Below, piece after piece: positions 14,901-25,511 of a DNA stretch of 64,000 nt. Origin of the DNA: Laetmonice hystrix. Its lineage: Eukaryota. Position 1 is the stretch's first letter, and every line of letters begins with the position of its first letter. The DNA is taken from NCBI GenBank assembly GCA_965235115.1, contig OZ249436.1, forward strand, positions 45,076,001 through 45,140,000, in the 5' to 3' direction. The notes under the pieces are model-generated. The model ran no database searches and was not told the DNA's origin. It was given only the letters and a program-made list of their open reading frames with translations. Both the position numbers and the translations under genes were made by a program.

Positions 14901-17900
14901 AGTCTAATATCTGCAGTAAGCTTCATACGTCAAGTGTTTTAAAGGGCATATTATTTTACGAGTTCTAATTATATAACAAGGATTACTCGAAACAGAAGTC
15001 TACGTCAGTGTTTAACAGGCATGTATTATTTTATGAGTACTAGTTATGTAACAAGGATTACTGGAAACAGAAGTCTATTTGGTTAGGTAGGGTTGTTGAC
15101 ATTGGAATTATGGGAGGAAACTGCCACGGCAGTTCAAACAAATAATTTCCGGTTCTGAGTCGAGTTCATTAATTTGATAACTGTAAAAAGTAAAGAATCT
15201 GATAGACTGCCCCACATGAGATTTTAACTTGACTAGAGTTTGAATCTTAGAGAATTTGTGGGAGAATTAACCAGTGTCTGGTAAAATGTTGAGTCAAGCA
15301 ATTACTCAGGGTTATGGCTGTTATGTTGTCAGACAGCTAGATATATTTATTTAAGGGTCAGGCTAAGATATATCCATAACCTGTCCGAAACTTGATTAAA
15401 AAACAAATTGTTGTTTTCCTGTTACTAAATATGATGGCACATAGATTTGGTCTAAAACTCGAATAACTCAGACAAAATGAAAAAAAAAAAAAAAACTGAG
15501 TTCAGCAGTGTAAACAAACTGCTGAAGTGCCGCAGTCTCTTGCTCAGCGCTGAAAGTTGGCGGAGAGCACAAACATTGAAAGTGACTGGGTACGTTCCAC
15601 GTTGTTTTGTTTTTCTCTCAATAATGCAGCGACTCTGAAACCAACTACGTGTGACATCGTGTCACCTAACATTAGGGCAACAGGTTAGACATCGGTTGTT
15701 TTTTTATTGGTTTCCGGACAGGCTTATATTTTAGTTTGACCTTTAAGTGCGGCTTCATCTGTCAACCCTGACAAACACCGTCCAACAGCAAGGGTTTAGT
15801 GGCTGACTGAGGCCACTTAATCTAGTCCTACAACCCGGACCCTTAACATCTGATAGAACTGTAAACAAAATACATGTCCTATGTTTCAGCCAAGAGTAGG
15901 TAGAACAAGGGAGCAAGCTAGGTGGTTTTAATTCTGTCGTAGAAGCCTTAAGCTCTTTGGATTAAGTGAATGAGTGACGGGAGATTGAAACAGAAGAATC
16001 CGTACGGAATTTCTCCCGCTAGATCAGATAGAATTCACAGATAATTAACCTAGGAAGTCATGCTTACCACTAAAGATGTCATACTATGGTGATATAGAAA
16101 ATGGTGTGGTCTTCCTTCTATAAAACAAACCCGTAAGTAAAACATCAAAATAAATGTACGTAACTCGAGGAACTGCACTGGGCTGACTGAGTGAAAGGTC
16201 ATTATCTGGGACGCTGGGCAGCTTTTGAATGCACGTACTGCATGAACTGGGACTTTGTCATGCCTTCTCGGCCACACTGGCTGCTTGTGTAAGTTTGGAT
16301 TCCCTAAGGCCTAGGCTTTATGTGAACTCTACATCTTCCAGCTTGGAGGTGATCAAACCCAAATTTACTTCAGTGTGCGGAGCAGAAATTTATCGTACGG
16401 TTTTAAAAATTGTTCAGACACACAGAGTGTTGAACAGTTGTTATTAGCTCCGTTACAACAGGATTAGGTGGCTATAGTTATGAGATTACAGATACAGTAA
16501 ACTAGCAAACACAAACTCTATGAATTCTGTGTCAGACACACAGTGTGTTGAACAGTTGTCATTAGCTCCGTTACAACAGGATTAGGTGGCTATAGTTATG
16601 AGATTACAGATACAGTAAACTAGCAAACACAAACTCTATGAATTCTGTGTCAGACACACAGAGTGTTGAACAGTTGTCATTAGCTCCGTTACAACAGGAT
16701 TAGGTGGCTATAGTTATGAGATTACAGATACAGTAAACTAGCAAACACAAACTCTATGAATTCTGTGTCAGACACACAGAGTGTTGGACAGTTGTCATTA
16801 GCTCCGTTACAACAGGATTAGGTGGCTATAGTTATGAGATTACAGATACAGTAAACTAGCAAACACAAACTCTATGAATTCTGTGTCAGACACACAGAGT
16901 GTTGGACAGTTGTCATTAGCTCCGTTACAACAGGATTAGGTGGCTATAGTTATGAGATTACAGATACAGTAAACTAGCAAACACAAACTCTATGAATTCT
17001 GTGTCAGACACACAGAGTGTTGAACAGTTGTCATTAGCTCCGTTACAACAGGATTAGGTGGCTATAGTTATGAGATTACAGATACAGTAAACTAGCAAAC
17101 ACAAATTCTATGAATTCTGTGTAAGATATGGTTCAGTACTCTCCTGTTTCAAGTAGTGGATTAAACCCCCATGTGTAGATTGTGGGACAAGCCTTAATGT
17201 TTAACCGGAGAAACGACTACTAGACCTTTCTAATGTGGGCTTTCCTGCAGGATTTTACCTTTTTAGGGGAGTTAAATCACTTTGGGTAAACTGTCTTAGA
17301 AAAAACAAAACCAGAAAACTTCTGGGGGTGTAACTGATATTTGTGGGGGGAGCCTCCTCTCGCCCCCTCCCCCAGAAAAAAAGAAAACGGGCCTGCAAGA
17401 ACCCCTGGGATGTAAAAAAATATTTTTGGTATCCATAAGTATAGGGTAAAAGAGAGCCAGGTCGTTGGGCATCATGCATTATCTTGGTGTTAGGTGTGAG
17501 CTTTAACAAATTGCATGTTGGAGTCAACTAACCGAAAAATAGGGATGATTTCTTGTGCCATATTGCAGGTGAAGGTTCATTTTGAGAGTAGAATGCACAC
17601 TATGACTATATTGTATTGGTTGGAGTTGGAGGTAGAGCGAGGCTACCTCATTCAGTAGCGAGTTTGGCGCATGTTTCTTTCATCATCCAAGCTAGGGACC
17701 CACCCTTTTCGAGGGTGATCCCTGATATTTTCATAGTATAAGCCTCTATAATAATAATTCAATTAATCACCCGTCATGAATAGCTCCCCATGAACAGCCC
17801 CAAAAACCTGTGTGATTATATCCTCCCAGACACCAGTAACCTTTAGGATATAACTCCTTGAGCTGGTAGACATAAATACCTAACAAATAAAGTGTGGTGA

Positions 17901-20900
17901 GGTAAGGGGGTCACTCTGTATGGACACTCCTTGTGGTGAGCCACCGATTGTATACGACGCCAAAATACTCGCCCGGCCACTCACTGCCTGAAGGTGCCAA
18001 CTTCTTGGAATACTAGAGTTTGTACCATTGTACCAAACGGCCTGAGGTCAGAGCTGAGGGCGGTGGTTGGGTGGGTGTTGGCTGCCGACAGCTGGGGTGG
18101 AGTTGGGGGTTAGGATTATGACTTGTCAGCAGACGTGGTGTTATGTTGACCTACATGTGTCAGACTGGGCCCAGACTTGTGTCAAGACCTGGTTCCTGGT
18201 GAAGTCATTGTTGGCACAGGTCACTAATAATGACAACAGACAGGATCATTGGTACACGTTTCCTCACTGGCAACATGATATGTTTCTACAGTTTGTGGCT
18301 CGACACTATATCACTAGATATTTATGTTAACACTGCACGTCCCTTTGATGTTTAGTTAGAGGGAACCCCAGCTCCAGTGTTTGTAGACAGGAGAATTAAT
18401 GAAAAATATAGAACATGTATATGACCCACACATCACCCATGCAAATATTCATAATAGATGGTGGTTCTGTAAATAAAACTGTGGGAACTAAAACCTTTCA
18501 CAGATGATGTTTTTCACTGATGTGAAGAAATAAGAAATAATTGCAAACATGCATTATCAGAAAGATCACTGATTGACTAGGTACTTCAAAGATTTAAAGA
18601 TGATTAAATATATATGGCGATGTGCCAGAAGATAATCCTGTTCAGGAATGGCCCTTGCCCGACTTATCTGCTTGATAGCAACTCTTTTGTTGTTGTTTGA
18701 AGTCACGTGACATTGTAAACAAAAGATGTTTTCTTCAGACTGGCCTGACTGTGATGATATTAACTAATAAATAAACAACGTAATTTTGTTGCGATTTAAC
18801 CAATACATTGTGTGTATATAAAAACATCTGACCAGGCAGGTGTGTGAGAATTTGGAAAATAGCCTGTATCGAATACCTCTTGCCAACCAAGGCATCGTAA
18901 TCTGGCTAACCAAGGCAGCTTGCATCGTAATCTGGCTAACCAAGGCAGCCTGCATCGTAATCTGGCTAACCAAGGCAGTCTGCATCGTAATCTGGCTAAC
19001 CAAGGCAGCCTGCATCGTAATCTGGCTAACCAAGGCAGCCTGCATCGTAATCTGGCTAACCAAGGCAGTCTGAATCTGGATGCCTATTTTGCAAAGGCAG
19101 CTTGCTTCAATCTGGCTGACAAAGGCAGCCTGCATCCTTGTGACTTAGAGTAACCCTTTAAGTGTCACTTGTTCTTGCTAACTTCAAACCTGAATTAATT
19201 CTTGATTAATTAGGAGAATGAGTTTTAATTACCGGTAGGAACAGATTTTGTCATATGTCTGTTTTGTGCTTGTATCAACAGTTAACATTTTGCAACAACA
19301 TGGGGCTCATGCGATTGACTTCAAGGGTGAGTCGTTTACGTTCAAGGCAACCACAGCAGGGATCTTGGCCACATTATCACATTGTATCGAACTCATGTCT
19401 CAACGGGAAGAGGCCTGGAAGAAACGGCTGGAAAGGGTGAGTCCGGCTGGTGATCTTGGTGATAGGATAATAATTAATTAAAAAGTCCTTGGCAGTTTAA
19501 TTCTGAACGTATGTAGAAGTCTTTCCGCATCACCCTTTTACTGGTGCCAGATATAATGTATCCTTTGTTTGTTTGACATTAAATCTCAGGCCTCACCCTT
19601 TTACTGGTGCCAGATATAGTGTATCCTTTGTTTGTTTGACATTAAATCTCAGGCCTCACCCTTTTACTGGTGCCAGATATAGTGTATCCTTTGTTTGTTT
19701 GACATTAAATCTCAGGCCTCACCCTTTTACTGGTGCCAGATATAGTGTATCCTTTGTTTGTTTGACATTAAATCTCAGGCCTCACCCTTTTACTGGTGCC
19801 AAATATAGTGTATCCTTTGTTTGTTTGACATTAAATCTCAGGCCTCACCCTTTTACTGGTGCCAGATATAGTGTATCCTTTGTTTGACATTAAATCTGAG
19901 GCCTCACCCTTTTACTGTTGCCAGATATAGTGTATCCTTTGTTTGTTTGACATTAAATCTGAGGCCTCACCCTTTTACTGGTGCCAGATATAGTGTATCC
20001 TTTGTTTGACATTAAATCTCAGGCCTCACCCTTATACTGGTGCCAGATATAGTGTATCCTTTGTTTGACATTAAACCTCAGGCCTCGCCCTTTTACTGGT
20101 GCCAGATATAGTGACTGGTGCCAGATATAGTGTATCCTTTGTTTGTTTGACAATAAATCTCAGGCCTCACCCTTTTACTGGTGCCAGATATAGTGTATCC
20201 TTTGTTTGTTTGACATTAAATCTCAGGCCTCACCCTTTTACTGGTGCCAGATATAGTGTATCCTTTGTTTGTTTGACATTAAATCTCAGGCCTCACCCTT
20301 TTACTGGTGCCAGATATAGTGTATCCTTTGTTTGTTTGACATTAAATCTCAGGCCTCGCCCTTTTACTGGTGCCAGATATAGTGTATCCTTTGTTTGTTT
20401 GACATTAAATGTCAGACCTCGCCCTTGTACTGGTGCCAGATATAGTGTATCCTTTGTTTGTTTGACATTAAATCTCAGGCCTTACCCTTTTACTGGTGCC
20501 AGATATAGTGTATCCTTTGTTTGTTTGACATTAAAATCTCAGGCCTCACCCTTTTACTGGTGCCAGATATAGTGTATCCTTTGTTTGTTTAACATTTAAA
20601 ATCTCAGGATGAGAAGAAATCCTTTGAAGCTATGTTATTGTAAAAAATAGAGGCGATTTTATTTGTTCTGTATATTTTTATAGGAAGTGGAAAAAAGGAA
20701 GAAAGTGGAAGAAGCGTATAAAGTAGTAGTCCACGATCGGCCAAAACAGATCATAGTTGGAGGCCCAGACTATGAGGTAGGTCTTTGTCAGGTATTATAA
20801 ATATAGAGTGAGAGCACCACTCTGGAAGATTGGGTAAAAACGAGGGCAGAAAGCATAGAAGGTCTGGCAGTATAAGTCATACTGATATGGACTGAAATAG

Positions 20901-23900
20901 TAACGAGTTTGAGTTGTAGAAGAGGTAGAACAGCTGCTGATCTATGGATATGTTTATGTGACTGATGGGTTCTGGGTGTGATTTACTTACAGGAGGGCCC
21001 CCACAGCCTGTTTATGTGACTGATAGGTTCTGGGTGTGATTTACTTACAGGAGGGCCCCCACAGCCTGTTTATGTGACTGATGGGTTCTGGGTGTGATTT
21101 ACTTACAGGAGGGCCCCCACAGCCTGTTTATGTGACTGATGGGTTCTGGGTGTGATTTACTTACAGGAGGGCCCCCACAGCCTGTTTATGTGACTGATGG
21201 GTTTTGGGTGTGATTTACTGATGGGTTCTGGGTGTGATTTACTGATGGGTTCTGGGTGTGATTTACTTACAGGAGGGCCCCCACAGTATGATGAATGAGG
21301 ATGAGTTTTTTGATGCAATAGACGCCACCCTGGACAAGCTAGAGAAAGATGAAGAGAAGGTGAGGCTTTCATAAATCCCCAAACCCAAGAACAGTTCTAG
21401 CAGTCTCTGGCAGTTCTTCAGTCAAATATTTCTTATTATTAGAAATGAGAAAAAGTTGAATATGGTGAATATGGTGTGCTTGTGTTTGGTTTGACAGAGA
21501 CAGCTGGTGAAGCGGGCCGAGGACCGCAGTATGCGACCACCACTCACTTCCTTAGATCCTTCACATCGTCTCTACGATGAGGTAAGTGATAACTGCTCAA
21601 CTTTCTCTCACCATTCATGTGATCAGTGACAAGAGTCGGAATAATCAAAAACTCAATTATTTGCAAACATTCTCATCATTTATTTCCAATATTTGTTTGT
21701 TGTTGTTTCAGGTGAACATGGTGGTAAATTCCCACATCCAACAGGCGGACATGACGGCCAGTGACGTGGCCGGTACGTGGCAGCTGATCGCGGAGGAGGG
21801 CGAGATGAAGGTTTACAAGTGTGAGCTGGAGGAAGATGGAATGATTATTGACCCACTCAAGGCCGTCCACACCGTCAAGGTGAGACCAATTCTGAATGCC
21901 TTGTTCTCGACCTCCCGGTTTAGAAAACAGCGAGTTCCTGATCCTGGGGGAACAGATTGGGAGACTGGAGAAAATCTCTCAGATCAACTCTCAAAATATG
22001 GATTTATTGTGTACATGTTGACTGATAGTTTACTCCTGATGTTTGCTGTGAAATAAACAGGAGATACTGCCTTTAATGTGTTATAATATCTCTGAGACAG
22101 TTCCAAAAATAAACCGATACTGCCTTTAATGTGTATGAGATATAACATTGTTATAATATCTCTGAGACAGTTCCAAAAATAAACAGATACTGCCTTTAAT
22201 GTGTATGAGATGTAACATTGTTATATTATCTGAGACAGTGCCAAAAATTACAAAAACATACGTCCTCCTGAACCTTTTCCTTAAGCCATTCAAGGCGATT
22301 GACGAGCGCATAAAGTGAATGGCGTAGCCTCGACAGATCTAATACGTTTTGTTGCCATGTGGTGAGTTTAATGATGTCAAGATGTCAGAAATCTGAGGTA
22401 ATTTAAATACTCAACTTTGTCTGGTTTGTTTGCAGGGAATCACGGGCCATGAACTGTGCCATTACTTTTGGGATCCGGATGTTCGTATGGAGTGGGAAAG
22501 TATGAAATGTTTTTATTCTCTATCTAATAAAGATTAATAGATTTTAATTATGTTTGATCATCAATATCCTACATACTAATAGTGATATAGGAATTGGTTC
22601 AAGATACTCTTGGATGAAGACCTAGTGATGTTGGAGTCATTGGTAGATCGAGAGATCACACAGTAGATGACCTAGTGATGTTGGAGTCATTGGTAGATAA
22701 AGTCGAGAGATCACACAGTAGATGACCTAGTGATGTTGGAGTCATTGGTAGATAAAGTCGAGAGATCACACAGTAGATGACCTAGTGATGTTGGAGTCAT
22801 TGGTAGATAAAGTCGAGAGATCACACAGTAGACGACCTAGTGATGTTGGAGTCATTGGTAGATCGAGAGATCACACAGTAGATGACCTAGTGATGTTGGA
22901 GTCATTGGTAGATAAAGTCGAGAGATCACACAGTAGATGACCTAGTGATGTTGGAGTCATTGGTAGATCGAGAGATCACACAGTAGATGACCTAGTGATG
23001 TTGGAGTCATTGGTAGATCGAGAGATCACACAGTAGATGACCTAGTGATGTTGGAGTCATTGGTAGATCGAGAGATCACACAGTAATTGTTTGTAATTCA
23101 CCAGCCACCATTAAAGGCTCCACAGCGGTAGAATAGATCTCCAAGGATACAATGATTTCACACAGTAGATGACCTCGCGATGTTGGAGTCGAGAGATCAC
23201 ACAGTAGATGACCTAGTGATGTTAGAGTCGAGAGATCACACAGTAGATGACCTAGTGATGTTGGAGTCGAGAGATCACACAGTAGATGACCTCGCGATGT
23301 TAGAGTCGAGAGATCACACAGTAGAGAGAGAGAGAGTGGTGTAAAGAAGGCCTTTATTTGATTTGTTTTGTTTATAATTCACCAGCCACCATTGAAGGCT
23401 CCACAGTGGTAGAATGGATCTCCAAGGATACAATGATTTCACACAGTAGATGACCTCGCGATGTTAGAGTCGAGAGATCACACAGTAGATGACCTCGCGA
23501 TGTTAGAGTCGAGAGATCACACAGTAGATGACCTAGTGATGTTAGAGTCGAGAGATCACACAGTAGATGACCTAGTGATGTTAGAGTCGAGAGATCACAC
23601 AGTAGATGACCTCGTGATTTGGAGTTGAAAGATCACACAGTAGATGACCTCGTGATGTTAGAGTCGAGAGATCACACAGTAGAGAGAGTGGTGTAAAGAA
23701 GGCCTTTATTTGATTTGTTTTGTTTATAATTCACCAGCCACCATTGAAGGCTCCACAGTGGTAGAATGGATCTCCAAGGATACAATGATTTCACACAGTA
23801 GATGACCTCGCGATGTTAGAGTCGAGAGATCACACAGTAGAGAGAGTGGTGTAAAGAAGGCCTTTATTTGATTTGTTTTGTTTATAATTCACCAGCCACC

Positions 23901-25511
23901 ATTGAAGGCTCCACAGTGGTAGAATGGATCTCCAAGGACACAATGATTTCACACCAAGTTCACAAACGTGTGTGGCCAGCGTCCCAGCGTGACTCCCTCT
24001 TCTGGTCAACCATCCGACATTGTCCGAGCGATGACGATGAGGGACCGGACTATTGGATTGTCGTCAATCACTCTACTGACCTTACTGACTGCCAGGTGAG
24101 CAGCCAGCCATCTTACTGGGTTGGCATAGGTCATAGAAATCTTAATATTGACAAAAATACAGGCCTAGAGATCATAAATCAAATCAATAAGGAAAGTCTG
24201 TTAGTTTGCATACTCTGTCTCGTAAAACCTGACATGGAGATCTACCGGTATACATGTATATTGGTTGCCCAAACAGAAAGGTTACTTTTAATACTCCACC
24301 TGTTTGCCTTCTAGTGACCTTAGAAAGGTTAAATCGAGGCCATGTATAATCTCCTGTTGACGAATATCTAGAACACCTCGGTAGATTAGTGGTCATTGTT
24401 CCAGTTGATGATGATTCAGAGGACTTTTGTCTCAGGTTTAATCTGAGCTCTTGGCTTTTATCCCCAACTACATACATCTTAATCTATTCAATGTGGCAAA
24501 TGAGGACAAATTCGTTAAGTTTGATTTTTCCTTTGTCTCCTGGTCCATACCTCTCAGGTGATTAGGTTTAGTTAACCGTCAAGGTTCCAAAACAGGGTAT
24601 CCTTAGTAAAGTGTACCCGAGTCTGTTTATACTCTGTTGTGAATACATAAATATCCTCTGAAAAAAAAACTTCTAACCCTGGTATTGTAGGGAGAGTCAA
24701 GTGATTGGAGTGATGGGTTTACACATGTGTAAATTCTGTAACCTCCATGAGCCGGGATCACTGGTATTGGAGGGAGAGTCAAGTGATTGGAGTGATGGGT
24801 TTACACATGTGTAAATTCTGTAACCTACATGAGCCGGGATCACTGGTATTGTAGGGAGAGTCCAATGATTGGAGTGATGGGTTTACACATTTATTCTGTG
24901 TCTGTCTTTACAGTTGGGCAGTAAATGTGTGAGGATTCGTTTCAATGTGGCGATGATCTGTCAAACGGTGGTACAGCCACCAGAGAGTGGACAGGAGATA
25001 ACCCGTGACCACCTCACCTGTCGCATCCAATACTCAGCTAACGGTCAGTTAAAACATCTCAACATTGCTATCTATTCTAATAAACCCATGTAGTATGGTA
25101 AAGTAATCTATTCTAATAAACCCATGTAGTATGGTAAAGTAATCTATTCTAATAAACCCATGTAGTATGGTAGATATACCTATCGTTTTTCAGTTTGTTA
25201 TAAATTTACTTGTTTTTACAGCTAAATTTAAAATGAAACTAAAGCAAAAGAAGATTTTTTGTCTGATTTGCTGATGGGAGCAATGAATGTGGTGTGCTTA
25301 GAAAAGTTTGATATTCTGAACGTCCCAGTACATTACAAATAAGTGATCTCAAGAATGTGTGTTTATTTTTCTCTATCGTACAGTGAACCCAGGAGGATGG
25401 GCCCCTGCATCCGTCATTCGTGTTATCTCAAAACGGGAACTGCCCAAATTCCTCAAGACGTTTACAAACTATGTGCAAGAGAAGACGGCAAATAATCCCA
25501 TTTTCTTCTAG
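2946..25511 (+). CDS. CERT1: Ceramide transfer protein (PH - serine-repeat motif - coiled coil - FFAT - START), 14 coding exons, 614 aa
   Basis: Exons joined at AG/GT sites with consistent phase: 2946-3185, 10706-10822, 12949-13056, 13658-13790, 14074-14211, 19282-19436, 20684-20776, 21273-21359, 21498-21581, 21712-21879, 22436-22499, 23896-24095, 24914-25043, 25384-25511 (1845 nt incl. TAG). Recognised motifs: PH domain [19 protein letters not shown], serine-repeat motif [60 protein letters not shown] and NVNPGGWAP. Confidence 0.96.
4242..4356. mobile_element. Short PIF/Harbinger-like MITE
   Basis: Imperfect termini GGCCACGATTT / AAACGGGCCC flanked by CAG on both sides; a related partial copy lies at ~61502-61577 (shared TAATTTAACATAGAAGTGAATGG..TTGCTAGGTTGTT). 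Confidence 0.5.
4502..4869. mobile_element. Non-autonomous hAT-like element with 6-bp TSD
   Basis: TIR CAGGCCTTGCCGTTT / AAACGGCAAGCACTG; direct repeat CTATGA at 4496-4501 and 4870-4875. Confidence 0.75.
7172..7299. repeat. ~45-bp tandem repeat, about 3 copies, with poly-G tract
   Basis: Unit CCCACACAAGGGGGGGGGGGGTCCTCTTGTTACGGGCCCTGG repeated. Confidence 0.8.
7876..9899. repeat. GC-rich minisatellite, 68-bp unit with a 57-bp deletion variant, about 31 copies (CERT1 intron 1)
   Basis: Unit TGATCATACCCTCCCCACCCACTGCCAACCCC(AGGCACAGTCC)CGGGGAGCTGGGTGGGAGGGAGAAA. Confidence 0.97.
10834..11410. repeat. 65-bp minisatellite, about 9 copies, starting ~12 nt after the CERT1 exon 2 donor
   Basis: Unit TAATATCCCAATAATAAAACAAAACCTTTGTGTGTCAAAGGTGCAGTACACTGACACAGTACACA. 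Confidence 0.96.
15355..15742. mobile_element. Non-autonomous Kolobok-like element (TTAA TSD)
   Basis: TTAA-GGGTCAGGCTAAGATATA ... TATATTTTAGTTTGACCT-TTAA; imperfect TIR extends to CCTGTCCG / CGGACAGG. Confidence 0.65.
16414..17122. repeat. 118-bp tandem repeat, 6 copies (CERT1 intron 5)
   Basis: Unit begins TCAGACACACAGAGTGTTGAACAGTTGTCATTAGCTCC; starts at 16414, 16532 etc.; copies near-identical. Confidence 0.97.
18892..19135. repeat. 30-bp minisatellite, about 6 intact plus 2 degenerate copies
   Basis: Unit TGCATCGTAATCTGGCTAACCAAGGCAGCC. Confidence 0.93.
19531..20608. repeat. 63-bp minisatellite, about 17 copies, filling most of CERT1 intron 6
   Basis: Unit TCACCCTTTTACTGGTGCCAGATATAGTGTATCCTTTGTTTGTTTGACATTAAATCTCAGGCC. 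Confidence 0.96.
20952..21286 (+). repeat. 58-bp tandem repeat containing the CERT1 exon-8 splice acceptor and exon start
   Basis: Unit GTTTATGTGACTGATGGGTTCTGGGTGTGATTTACTTACAG|GAGGGCCCCCACAGCCT; AGs end at 20992, 21050, 21108, 21166; the coding acceptor ends at 21272. Confidence 0.95.
22063..22246. repeat. ~72-bp tandem repeat, about 3 copies (CERT1 intron 10)
   Basis: GATACTGCCTTTAATGTG...TGTTATAATATCTCTGAGACAGTTCCAAAAATAAAC repeated. Confidence 0.85.
22618..23895. repeat. Compound minisatellite (40/50/55-bp units) with three embedded partial copies of CERT1 exon 12
   Basis: Core GATGACCTAGTGATGTTGGAGTC(ATTGGTAGAT)CGAGAGATCACACAGTA; exon-12 5' fragments begin at 23105, 23386, 23738. Confidence 0.93.
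24680..24890. repeat. 82-bp tandem repeat, about 2.5 copies, just upstream of the exon 13 acceptor
   Basis: TGGTATTGTAGGGAGAGTCAAGTGATTGGAGTGATGGGTTTACACAT begins at 24680, 24762, 24844. Confidence 0.9.
25071..25172. repeat. 36-bp tandem repeat, about 3 copies
   Basis: Unit TCTATTCTAATAAACCCATGTAGTATGGTAAAGTAA. Confidence 0.9.

Noticed and set aside
19531..23895. Regularly spaced repeats resembling CRISPR arrays
   Set aside because: Head-to-tail tandem units without unique spacers, no cas genes, spliceosomal intron context.
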